From an uncultured Clostridia bacterium (GTDB taxonomy: Bacteria > Bacillota > Clostridia > Christensenellales > CAG-314): a stretch of 64,000 nt of DNA. The DNA lies in NCBI GenBank assembly GCA_947625115.1, contig CANQND010000006.1:72-64071 (forward strand). Direction: 5' to 3'. A model generated the notes under the pieces. The model ran no database searches. It worked only from the letters and a program-made list of their open reading frames with translations, and was not told where the DNA came from. Shown here one piece after another: positions 28,402-37,111 of the stretch (the first letter of the stretch is position 1; each line of letters starts with the position of its first letter). A program made the translations under genes and the position numbers.

Positions 28402-29493
28402 TCAAACGTTAAACCTGAATAGCACAACGTCGCCGTCGCGAATTACGTAATCTTTGCCCTCGCTACGCACTTTGCCATGCTCTTTTGCCTGATTGTAACC
28501 GCCCATTTCCAACATAACTTCGTAGGGGACGATTTCCGCGCGGATAAATCCCTTTTCAAAATCGCTGTGTATTTTGCCTGCGGCTTGGGGTGCTTTGGTA
28601 CCCTCTGTCACCGTCCAAGCGCGAGTTTCCTTTTCTCCCGCGGTGAGAAAACTTATCAAATGCAACAACTTGTAGCACTTTTTCACAAGCCTGTTCAAAC
28701 CGCTTTCGCCAATCCCGTAACTCTCCAAAAACATCTGTTTTTCGTCGGGATCCAATTTGGACAGCTCCTCTTCCACTTTGGCGCAAATGACAAGCGTTTC
28801 GGAGTTCTCCTTTGCCGCCTGTTCCGTTACCGCCCGCACAAGGTCGTTGTCGTCGTTGCCGATGTCCTCTTCCGAAATGTTTGCGGCGTAAATAACGGGC
28901 TTGCTCGTAAGCAAAAACATTTCCTCCACCGCCGACTGTTCCTCTTCGTCGAAAGACATTGTACGCACGGGCTGTTCGTTTTCGAGGTGAGCCAAAATGC
29001 GTTGCAACAGTTCCGCTTCCGTCTTGTACTTTTTGTCCCCCGTCTTTTGCATAGATACGGCTTTGTTGAGTTTGCTTGTGACCGTTTCTATATCCGCAAA
29101 AATAAGTTCGAGATTGACGGTTTGCATATCCGCAACGGGGTCTACCCTGTCGCCGACGTGCGTAACGTTGCTGTCCTCGAAACAGCGCACCACGTGAACG
29201 ATCGCGTCCACTTCGCGAATGTGCGAAAGAAATTTGTTGCCAAGCCCCTCTCCGTGAGAAGCACCTTTCACCAAGCCCGCAATATCCACAAACCGCAGAT
29301 AAGTGGGAGTGATTTTTTTGCTGTTGTACAACGCCTCCAACTTGTCAAGCCGTTCGTCGGGCACCGCCACCACGCCCACGTTTGGTTCTATCGTGCAAAA
29401 AGGATAGTTTGCCATTTCGGCTCCCGCTTGCGTTATCGCGTTAAAAAGCGTGCTTTTACCCACGTTGGGAAGCCCCACAACTCCGAGTTTCAT
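28402..29493 (-). CDS. ychF: Redox-regulated ribosome-binding ATPase YchF
   Basis: MKLGVVGLPNVGKSTLFNAIT, DIAGLVKGAS, C-terminal TGS-like VVLFRFNV. Confidence 0.95.
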   Translation of the reverse strand: MKLGVVGLPNVGKSTLFNAITQAGAEMANYPFCTIEPNVGVVAVPDERLDKLEALYNSKKITPTYLRFVDIAGLVKGASHGEGLGNKFLSHIREVDAIVHVVRCFEDSNVTHVGDRVDPVADMQTVNLELIFADIETVTSKLNKAVSMQKTGDKKYKTEAELLQRILAHLENEQPVRTMSFDEEEQSAVEEMFLLTSKPVIYAANISEEDIGNDDNDLVRAVTEQAAKENSETLVICAKVEEELSKLDPDEKQMFLESYGIGESGLNRLVKKCYKLLHLISFLTAGEKETRAWTVTEGTKAPQAAGKIHSDFEKGFIRAEIVPYEVMLEMGGYNQAKEHGKVRSEGKDYVIRDGDVVLFRFNV

Positions 29494-29605
29494 AATTACC
29501 TCAGTCTAAAATTCGCAAATTTTGCGTAAGATTTACCGATATACGGTTAAAATCAAGAATAATTTTAACATAATATCTACTAAAAGTAAACAGAAAAGGA
29601 CTTAT

Positions 29606-30364
29606 ATGACAGTTTTGGAGAGTATATTTTTAGGCTTATTGCAAGGCTTTACGGAATTTTTGCCCGTTTCGAGCAGCGGACACTTACTGTTGGCGGAAAA
29701 GCTGTTCGACATAGAGGGCGGACTGTTTTTCGACGTGATGTTGCACGTCGGCACACTGTTTGCGGTGGTTATCGCAATGCGGCACACGCTGTGGCAAACG
29801 GTGAGGCACCCCGTTGCAAGCAAAAAATTGCTGTTTACCGTTGTGGCGAGCATACCGACTTTCGCGCTGGCGTTGTTGGTAAAACTTTTTGTCCCAGAAA
29901 AGATAATGCAAATTGTTTTGCCGATAGGCTTTGCCTTGACGATTGTGCTTATCGTACTGTCGGATAAACTTGCAAAGCCGCGTTTTCGTCTGGAAGAGGC
30001 AAGCTGGGCAAGCGTTGCGGTGACGGGTATCACGCAGGGCATTGCCGTTTTCCCCGGGTTGTCGCGAAGCGGCAGTACCATTTCGGTTATGAAATTGTTC
30101 GGAATGAACGGAAGCGACGCCGCCGAATTCAGTTTTTTGCTCTCCGTCCCCGTGATACTCGCGGGCGCGGCGGTAGAGGGTTGGGAAGCATTTCGTTCGG
30201 CAATAACAACTCCGTGGTATTGCGTGGTCATAGGCATTGCGACGGCGTTCCTTTCGGGCTTGGTTTCCATTCATATGGTTATGCGGGCGGTGAAAACAAA
30301 AAGTTGGATATGGTTTGCCCTGTATCTTGCCGTTCCGCTTGTTTTGTCGCTGATAATCTTGTGA
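29606..30364 (+). CDS. uppP: Undecaprenyl-diphosphate phosphatase
   Basis: LLQGFTEFLPVSSSGHLLL and FPGLSRSGSTI motifs. ATG at 29606 (the track start 29522 lies upstream). Confidence 0.9.
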   Translation: MTVLESIFLGLLQGFTEFLPVSSSGHLLLAEKLFDIEGGLFFDVMLHVGTLFAVVIAMRHTLWQTVRHPVASKKLLFTVVASIPTFALALLVKLFVPEKIMQIVLPIGFALTIVLIVLSDKLAKPRFRLEEASWASVAVTGITQGIAVFPGLSRSGSTISVMKLFGMNGSDAAEFSFLLSVPVILAGAAVEGWEAFRSAITTPWYCVVIGIATAFLSGLVSIHMVMRAVKTKSWIWFALYLAVPLVLSLIIL

Positions 30365-30414
30365 TTTTTTCCGTGCCGCAAAGGTTTTTACACCCAAAAT
30401 TGCCACCCCATCTA

Positions 30415-30446
30415 CAAAAAAGCGCGCCCGCTTTACACGGGTGCGC
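30415..30446 (-). terminator. Intrinsic terminator of the DegV gene
   Basis: gcgcacccg / cgggcgcgc stem (one mismatch), followed by tttttt on the minus strand. Confidence 0.45.
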
Positions 30447-30468
30447 AAATTTTCGGTCAACAAGCGAA

Positions 30469-31350
30469 CTATTCTTCGGCAAGCGGAATGGGACGTTGGT
30501 CCGCAACAAATATCACGCCGACCGTTCCCGGACCGCAGTGCGAACCGATGACGGGACCGACGGTTTGCCGAACTATTTTTGCCTCGTGACGAGCGTCGAG
30601 GATCATTTGCGCAAGAGCGTCGCCCTCTTCGGGACAATCGGCGTCCAACACATACACGCTGTGTTCAACACCCGTAAGCTCGTTGGCTACGCGATCCGCC
30701 ATTTTGCGCAGGGCTTTCTTTTTACCCGTGATCTTTTCAAACACTTTGAGGCTGCCCCTTTCGTCCAAGGTGAGTATCGGTTTGAGCGAAAGCAACGTTC
30801 CCGCAAAAGCCGCTATGCCCGAAAGGCGTCCGCCGCGTTTGAGGTGCATAAGGTCGTCCACCGCAAAATAAACCGTTACTCTGTCGCGGAACGCGCGAAG
30901 TTTTTCCAATATTTCCTCGTCCGACGCACCGTTCTTTTTCAGTTCTCCCGCGTACTCCATTTGTATGCCCGCGCCGAGGCTGATGGATTTGGTGTCGAAC
31001 ACGGTACATTTGCGTTGGGGATATTTTTGACGGAGTTGTTCCAACGCGAGGTCGAGATGTTCAAAGGTGCCGCTCATCGCGTGCGAAAAGCTGACGTACA
31101 GCACGTCCTCTCCCCGAGCGAAAACGGGTTCCAATATCTGCACGTACTCGTCGGGGTTGAGTGCCATTGTTTTGGGGATTTCTCCGCCGCGAACTGCGTC
31201 GTAAAATGCGCGAAAATCGGTGTTTTTGCCCAAATCGTAGTAGTAAACGTTGCCGCCGTAACTGTACGGCATTGCAATGGAATACAAGCCGAGTTCTTCC
31301 GCTCTGGTATACCACAATTCGCCGTCGGCGTCGCACATAAGCACGCTCAT
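30469..31350 (-). CDS. DegV-family fatty-acid-binding protein
   Basis: LYVSFSHAMSGTF, SISLGAG and YFAVDDLMHLKRGGRLS. ATG at 31350 after GGGAGGA. Confidence 0.8.
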   Translation of the reverse strand: MSVLMCDADGELWYTRAEELGLYSIAMPYSYGGNVYYYDLGKNTDFRAFYDAVRGGEIPKTMALNPDEYVQILEPVFARGEDVLYVSFSHAMSGTFEHLDLALEQLRQKYPQRKCTVFDTKSISLGAGIQMEYAGELKKNGASDEEILEKLRAFRDRVTVYFAVDDLMHLKRGGRLSGIAAFAGTLLSLKPILTLDERGSLKVFEKITGKKKALRKMADRVANELTGVEHSVYVLDADCPEEGDALAQMILDARHEAKIVRQTVGPVIGSHCGPGTVGVIFVADQRPIPLAEE

Positions 31351-31459
31351 AGTTGTTCCTCCCTGTTTGTTATAAGTAAATATAATATCCAATAGATTTT
31401 AGCAAATTTTTCTTGTCAAAACAATACCTTTGCGAAAATTGCCTACAACTTTTGTAAGT

Positions 31460-32014
31460 TTATTCGCTCTTGTCGGCGTTGCCGTCGTCCGCTTGGCTTG
31501 CCGCCGCTTCCGCTTTGAGCCGCTCCTGTTCCTTTTGCTTTTGCGCCAAGTCGTTTGTGTCCACCTTGCCGCGGAACACAACGAACTGTTGCCACAAAAA
31601 CTCCAAAACAAAGTTTATTATCATAACGGTGCCTTGCGCGATCACAAAGCCCCAAAATCCTATGGCGGAAAGTTTTGCCTCTACAAAAGCGATGTACCAA
31701 GTTTGAAAAGGATAAAAGGGTACGTAAAACAGAAACGCCAAAAACATCGCAAGCGGAACGTTGTTTGCCGCCTTGAAAGTAAATTTTCGGTTAAAGGTAA
31801 AATTCCAGATTATCGACAACGCCAGCGCAACCGTTTCCGCAATAAAGGTACTTGCGGGCATAACATTGATAAAGGTTACCGTCTGGCTGTCGTCCATACA
31901 AGTGTTCAAGATGGCTTTGAGTGCCAACGAGCTGACAATTTGTATCACGCCCGCGGATATAGCGAACAACGTGTACTTTACGGCGCGCCACACTTCCTTT
32001 TTGTTGATTTTCAT
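31460..32014 (-). CDS. GtrA-family membrane protein with a charged C-terminal tail
   Basis: Four hydrophobic spans, WNFTFNRKFTF motif, GAGGAG ribosome-binding site. Confidence 0.65.
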   Translation of the reverse strand: MKINKKEVWRAVKYTLFAISAGVIQIVSSLALKAILNTCMDDSQTVTFINVMPASTFIAETVALALSIIWNFTFNRKFTFKAANNVPLAMFLAFLFYVPFYPFQTWYIAFVEAKLSAIGFWGFVIAQGTVMIINFVLEFLWQQFVVFRGKVDTNDLAQKQKEQERLKAEAAASQADDGNADKSE

Positions 32015-32105
32015 TTTTCACTCCTCTCAACAAAAATCTTTACAACGCCATTCTACCATAATGAAATCGGTACGTCAAACATTTAACAAATATTTACTAT
32101 TCCAA

Positions 32106-32140
32106 ACAAAAAAACAGAGCTTTTTTTGCCCTGTTTTTTG
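32106..32140 (-). terminator. Intrinsic terminator of gltX
   Basis: aacagggc / gctctgtt stem, followed by tttttt on the minus strand. Confidence 0.6.
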
Positions 32141-32147
32141 CAATCGT

Positions 32148-33581
32148 TCAGTTCAGACGCGCGATGGATCTGTCCAACCGCGAAAGCGTTTCCTCTTTGC
32201 CCAACAGTTCGGCGATTTCGCTTGCGCCGCCGGGAGTTGCCGCCAAACCCGTGACGGCGATACGGGCGGGCCAAAGAACTTTGCCGTTTTTTACGCCCAA
32301 TTCCGCCGCCAGATCGACAAGAGTTTGGTACAGATGTTCGTTGTCCCAAACGGCTACGTCGGCAAACTTTTGCCGCACGAGGGGTAGCACTTCGCGAGCC
32401 GAATCGGCATTAGTTTTTTGCTTTTGATTGTCGTACAACGACAAATCGAAATCTTCAAATTGAACTAAGAAGCGCAATTTGTCCTCTATTTCCGCAAAAG
32501 TTTCTATTCTGCTTTGAATGAGCTTGCAAACAAGTTTTTTGTCGAAATTTTTCAGATAACACTTGTCTATCCAACGCGCGGCGTAGTCGGCGAAAGACTC
32601 GGGGGACATTTCCTTTATGTAAAGCGAGTTGAGCCACGCAAGTTTAAGCGGGTCGAATATGGACGGGCTTTTGTTTATCCCAGAAATGTCGAACTTGGCA
32701 AGCAATTCGTCAAAACTCATCTTTTCGCTGTCGTCCTTGGGGGACCAGCCCAGCAAAGCGATGTAGTTGATTATCGCTTCTTTCAAAAATCCCTTTGCGA
32801 TAAGGTCCTCGTAGCTTGCGTCGCCGTTGCGCTTGCTCAATTTGTGCTGAGCGTCTTTCATTATCGGCGGCATATGTATGTACATTGGGCGTTCCCAACC
32901 GAAAGCGTCGTACAGCAAGTTGTACTTGGGGGTACTGCTAAGGTACTCTATTCCGCGCATTACGCAATTGATACCCATCAAGTGATCGTCTATCACGTTT
33001 GCGAAGTTGTAGGTGGGCATACCGTCGGATTTTATGAGAATCTGATCTTCCAATTCGCTGTTGTCTATCGTTATATCGCCGTAAACGGCGTCGTGATACG
33101 TCGTGCTACCCTCTGTGGGCATATTTTGCCTGATAACGTACTTGTCGCCGCGGGCAAGGCGTTCGGCTACCTCTTGTTTGCTAAGAGAGAGGCAATGCTT
33201 GTCGTAGCGGCGCGCGCCGTTGACGGCAGGCAAACTTTCCAACCGCTCTTCACTGCAAAAACAGTAGTAAGCGTGACCGCTCTCCACCAACTGTTTGGCA
33301 TACTTGACGTATTCGTTGGCGCGCTGACTTTGTATATACGGACCGTAGTCGCCGCCTATATCGGGACCCTCGTCATAGTTCAGTCCCGTTTCGTGCAAGG
33401 TTCTGTAAATAATTTCCACCGCGCCCTCCACGTATCTGCCGCGGTCGGTATCTTCTATGCGCAAAATAAATTTGCCGTTGTTCTTTTTGGCGTAGAGATA
33501 GGAGTACAGCGCGGTCCTCAAACCGCCTATGTGCAGATAACCCGTCGGGCTGGGGGCAAATCTCGTTCTGAGTTGTGACAT
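32148..33581 (-). CDS. gltX: Glutamate--tRNA ligase
   Basis: RFAPSPTGYLHIGGLRTAL (HIGH motif) and KLSKRNG (KMSKS motif). Confidence 0.95.
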   Translation of the reverse strand: MSQLRTRFAPSPTGYLHIGGLRTALYSYLYAKKNNGKFILRIEDTDRGRYVEGAVEIIYRTLHETGLNYDEGPDIGGDYGPYIQSQRANEYVKYAKQLVESGHAYYCFCSEERLESLPAVNGARRYDKHCLSLSKQEVAERLARGDKYVIRQNMPTEGSTTYHDAVYGDITIDNSELEDQILIKSDGMPTYNFANVIDDHLMGINCVMRGIEYLSSTPKYNLLYDAFGWERPMYIHMPPIMKDAQHKLSKRNGDASYEDLIAKGFLKEAIINYIALLGWSPKDDSEKMSFDELLAKFDISGINKSPSIFDPLKLAWLNSLYIKEMSPESFADYAARWIDKCYLKNFDKKLVCKLIQSRIETFAEIEDKLRFLVQFEDFDLSLYDNQKQKTNADSAREVLPLVRQKFADVAVWDNEHLYQTLVDLAAELGVKNGKVLWPARIAVTGLAATPGGASEIAELLGKEETLSRLDRSIARLN

Positions 33582-33593
33582 AAAAAACCTCTT

Positions 33594-34301
33594 TTATCTT
33601 AACCTTTTGAATTTTTCGCGAATGGCGGCGATGTCGCCGTTGCGGTAAAAGCTGTAAAAATCGTCGGCGTTGTTGAAAATCAGGTGTTCCAACAAAACGA
33701 CGTGCAGATTTGCCAACGAAAACAGCAAGTCCTCCGTAAAACTTATATCCTCCGCGCTGGGCGCGCACACACCATGCGAATGACAGTGAAACAGTATCAC
33801 GCCCGCGGCGCGTATGCGCACAACGGTTTCCAAAATCTGCTTGACGTCTACGTTAACGAATTGATCGCTGTTGGAATCAAAAACGTCGCGGTACAAAAAT
33901 CTTGTGGCGTTATCCACATACACAACTACCAAACGCTCGATGTAACTCTCGGAAATGAGTAACTGCGCGTACTTAACGATACTGCTAAGCCCGTTAAGAG
34001 AAATACGCTCCGCTTCGTTGCGCTTGCACCGTTGCCAAACCTCTTTGAGCAATGCGATGTTGCAAGCGGTGGCTTCACTGACGCCTTTCACCATCATAAG
34101 ATTGTAGGGCGTGGCGTTGAGAACTCCCGCTATCCCGCCGAATTTGTTCAACAATTCGTGAGCGAGTTTGTTGGTATCTCTGCGAGGAAGATATTGAAAC
34201 AGCAACATTTCCAAAATTTCATGATCCTGAAAGGACGACAAGCCCTCTTTCATCATTCTTTCGCGAAGCCGTGCGCGATGTCCGTCGTTTTCGTGTGCCA
34301 T
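33594..34301 (-). CDS. radC: RadC-family JAB/MPN-domain protein
   Basis: GHRARLRERM...HEILEMLL N-terminal HhH region. JAMM motif HCHSHGVCAPSAED (HxH-x7-S-xx-D). ATG at 34301. Confidence 0.8.
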   Translation of the reverse strand: MAHENDGHRARLRERMMKEGLSSFQDHEILEMLLFQYLPRRDTNKLAHELLNKFGGIAGVLNATPYNLMMVKGVSEATACNIALLKEVWQRCKRNEAERISLNGLSSIVKYAQLLISESYIERLVVVYVDNATRFLYRDVFDSNSDQFVNVDVKQILETVVRIRAAGVILFHCHSHGVCAPSAEDISFTEDLLFSLANLHVVLLEHLIFNNADDFYSFYRNGDIAAIREKFKRLR

Positions 34302-34422
34302 ATTTTTCCGTACAAACGTGTATTTCGGCGAAAATTTTTGCCGAGTGCCTATATATGATAGCACATTATCGTAATTTTGTGTATAATGTAGATACAAAAA
34401 GTTGTAACTTACGGAGCGAACA

Positions 34423-35754
34423 ATGAAATCTGCAAAAAAAATACTTAACGACGAGTTTGACGAACTCGTAAAATCACTTCAAAACGTCATTCGTTTCAAC
34501 ACGGAAAAGTCCCAACCCGCGCCCAACGCGCCTTTCGGGACAAACGTGGCGAGTTGCTTGGAATACACGTTGAATTTGGCAAAATCTTTCGGTCTTGACG
34601 TTTACAATTGCGACGGCTACGCAGGTCACGCCGAGCTTACGGGGACGGGCGACGGCACGGTGGGAATACTCGGACACCTTGACGTTGTACCCGCCAAGGC
34701 GGAAGAATGGCTTTTTCCGCCCTACGCCGCGGAAATTCACGACGGCAAACTGTACGGCAGGGGGACGATGGACGACAAAGGTCCGATGATCGCCTGTCTT
34801 TACGCGGTAAAAGCCCTCAAAGAGGCGGGGTTTGTTCCGTCCAAAACCGTCAGACTTATTTTCGGTTGCGACGAGGAAAGCGGTATGCAATGCGTGGAAC
34901 ACTACTTTTCCAAAATGCCCTACCCCACGGTGAGTTTTTCGCCCGACGGCGACTTCCCCGTCATTAACAGAGAAAAGGGAATTTTTCAATTCGATGTGGT
35001 TTGCGGCAAACTGCCCCAAGGCATAACGGTAACCGCGGGCGAACGCGCCAACGTTGTGCCGTCGCTCTGCACCGTTACAAGCCCCGTTCCGCTTGAAGCC
35101 AACTCCTCTCGCGTTACGTGCGCGACGGGCGAAAACGGTTACGTCTGCACTTGCGCGGGGAAAGCGGCTCACGGCAGCACCCCCGACGAGGGCGTAAACG
35201 CCACGCACCCGTTGCTCACCGCGTTGGCAAAAGCGTTTCCCGACAACGCCACGCTTAAATTTTTGTCCGAAAAAGTTCTCGACACAACGGGCGACAAATG
35301 GGGAATCGCGCTATGCGACGAAGAAAGCGGTCGCCTCACGTGCAGTCTGGACGTCCTAAGGACTGCCGCCGACGGCGTTTTGACAGCCACGGTGGACATA
35401 CGTTTCCCCGTGACGTACACTTGCAAACAAATGCACGACCTGTTGCGCGCCAACACCCCAAGCGAATTTCAAATTGTGCCGCAACACACAAGCGAACCGC
35501 TGTTTGTTCCGTCAGACAGTTCGCTCGTAACAACTCTTATGGACGTGTACAACGGCGAAATGCGCACGCAATTGCAACCGCTTGCAATAGGCGGCGGCAC
35601 GTACAGCAGATGTTTGCCCAACTGCGTTGCATTCGGACCGCTTTTCCCCAAAGAAGAACAGACCATTCATATGCCGAACGAGTGCATTATCCTCGAAAAT
35701 TTGCGCACAATGGCGCAATTGTATCTCGAAGCCATCTACCGCTTGGCTAAATAG
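34423..35754 (+). CDS. pepV: M20-family dipeptidase (PepV/Sapep-like)
   Basis: GHLDVVPA, GRGTMDDKGP, CDEESG. Confidence 0.8.
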   Translation: MKSAKKILNDEFDELVKSLQNVIRFNTEKSQPAPNAPFGTNVASCLEYTLNLAKSFGLDVYNCDGYAGHAELTGTGDGTVGILGHLDVVPAKAEEWLFPPYAAEIHDGKLYGRGTMDDKGPMIACLYAVKALKEAGFVPSKTVRLIFGCDEESGMQCVEHYFSKMPYPTVSFSPDGDFPVINREKGIFQFDVVCGKLPQGITVTAGERANVVPSLCTVTSPVPLEANSSRVTCATGENGYVCTCAGKAAHGSTPDEGVNATHPLLTALAKAFPDNATLKFLSEKVLDTTGDKWGIALCDEESGRLTCSLDVLRTAADGVLTATVDIRFPVTYTCKQMHDLLRANTPSEFQIVPQHTSEPLFVPSDSSLVTTLMDVYNGEMRTQLQPLAIGGGTYSRCLPNCVAFGPLFPKEEQTIHMPNECIILENLRTMAQLYLEAIYRLAK

Positions 35755-35784
35755 CAAAACGCATTCGTCCGCCACATTGACAAA

Positions 35785-35811
35785 GAAAAACGCGACTTTC
35801 CGTCGCGTTTT
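35785..35811. terminator. Bidirectional intrinsic terminator (pepV / mscL)
   Basis: aacgcgac, loop tttcc, gtcgcgtt, flanked by an A-run and a T-run. Confidence 0.75.
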
Positions 35812-35813
35812 TA

Positions 35814-36386
35814 CTATTTCTTGTTTTCTTTTAGCAACTCCACTATTTCGCCCAGCAACTGCTGTTCGGTTTTGGGAGCGTTTGCCGCGGCTTCTTCGGC
35901 GGCAATACGGTCGGCTTCTTCTTGGGCGGCTTTCTTTGCGGCGGCGGCTGCAAGAATTTCGTCCTTGGTTTTGCCGTCGGCGCGCAACGCTTTAACTTCG
36001 TCGCTTGTGAGGGGAGCGTACTTGCCTTTTTGCTTCTTTACGCCCTCTTGCACGCTGTTAATGGCTTTGACAATGAGGAACAGCACAAACGCTATCAGCA
36101 AAAAGTTGATTATCGCCGTTATAAATGCGCCCCAATCGATGTAGATGGATTGAGTCATATCTACCACTCCGTCCACCTCTACGGGTTTTAGCATTGTAAC
36201 TACGTCGCCCATACCCTCTCCGTGAGTTACAACGGCAAGGAACCAATTGATTACGGGCATCAAAATTTGGTTGGTAAGCGCGGTTACGATCGCGCTGAAC
36301 GCGCCGCCGATGATAACGCCGACAGCCATATCGATGACGTTGCCGCGCATAATGAATTTTTTGAATTCGCCAAAAAATTTCTTCAT
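35814..36386 (-). CDS. mscL: Large-conductance mechanosensitive channel with an extended Ala/Glu/Lys-rich C-terminus
   Basis: MKKFFGEFKKFIMRGNVIDMAVGVIIGGAFSAIVTAL. ATG at 36386. Confidence 0.85.
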   Translation of the reverse strand: MKKFFGEFKKFIMRGNVIDMAVGVIIGGAFSAIVTALTNQILMPVINWFLAVVTHGEGMGDVVTMLKPVEVDGVVDMTQSIYIDWGAFITAIINFLLIAFVLFLIVKAINSVQEGVKKQKGKYAPLTSDEVKALRADGKTKDEILAAAAAKKAAQEEADRIAAEEAAANAPKTEQQLLGEIVELLKENKK

Positions 36387-36512
36387 AACTTCTCCTTTTT
36401 GTAAAAAATTTTGTTTACGCCCATAGTATAGCACCGCACAGCAGTTTTTTCAAGCGGTTTTTGCCAACAAAAGAATGTTGCGCGCACAAGTTGATAAAAT
36501 TTGCTCAATCGG

Positions 36513-36541
36513 TTGCAAAAACGTACGCAATCTTGTATAAT
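36513..36541 (+). promoter_or_regulatory. Sigma-A-type promoter of tRNA-Pro
   Basis: TTGCAA (36513-36518), 17-nt spacer, TATAAT (36536-36541). Confidence 0.6.
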
Positions 36542-36585
36542 AGTAGGGCAATCGAGGTGTAGCGAAAAGCTCGCAATCGATTTTA

Positions 36586-36661
36586 CGAGGTGTAGCGCAG
36601 TTGGTAGCGCGCTTGGTTCGGGACCAAGAGGCCGCTGGTTCGAGTCCAGTCACTTCGACCA
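36586..36661 (+). tRNA. tRNA-Pro (anticodon CGG), CCA encoded
   Basis: Manual cloverleaf. Acceptor CGAGGTG/CACTTCG (one G.U). D-arm GCGC-AGTTGGTA-GCGC. Anticodon arm CTTGG-TTCGGGA-CCAAG. T-arm GCTGG-TTCGAGT-CCAGT. Discriminator A plus CCA. Confidence 0.9.
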
Positions 36662-36696
36662 CAACGCAGGCGACGCCGTTTTAGTCGCAACGAAAA

Positions 36697-36724
36697 AGGA
36701 CACATTTGCTTGCGTCCTTTTTTT
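36697..36724 (+). terminator. Intrinsic terminator after tRNA-Pro
   Basis: aggac..gtcct hairpin, followed by ttttttt. Confidence 0.55.
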
Positions 36725-36849
36725 CGTCGCTTCTTTGGGGCGTGCCTGCCGGGGTCTACGTGACCAGACAGTTCGAAATATGTAACACTCCGCATTTGCT
36801 TCATTTAACTTATTTCTGCAATTAGATATTTGTTGCTTTTTAACCCTGC

Positions 36850-36882
36850 GAGTGCGCTCTGTTAGCAGGGCGGAGCGCACTC
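36850..36882. repeat. Perfect 10-bp inverted repeat with a 13-nt loop
   Basis: gagtgcgctc (36850-36859) and gagcgcactc (36873-36882). Confidence 0.9.
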
Positions 36883-37111
36883 TTGCGCATTCGGCTACCA
36901 ACTGCACACTTTGCAGATTGCTTTCACGCCGAATGTACTTACTTCGACTCCTCTTCGTTCAAACTTATTTCAAAAAAATTAGACTTTAAGGCTGTATTCC
37001 GTAGGGAATCAAAAAACAAAATTTTGGGCAGAATACACTTGGGCCGAGTCAATTGACGCTGACTTCGATTGAAGTCCTGCATTTTTTTCAAGAGCTCGGG
37101 TTTAGCCATAA

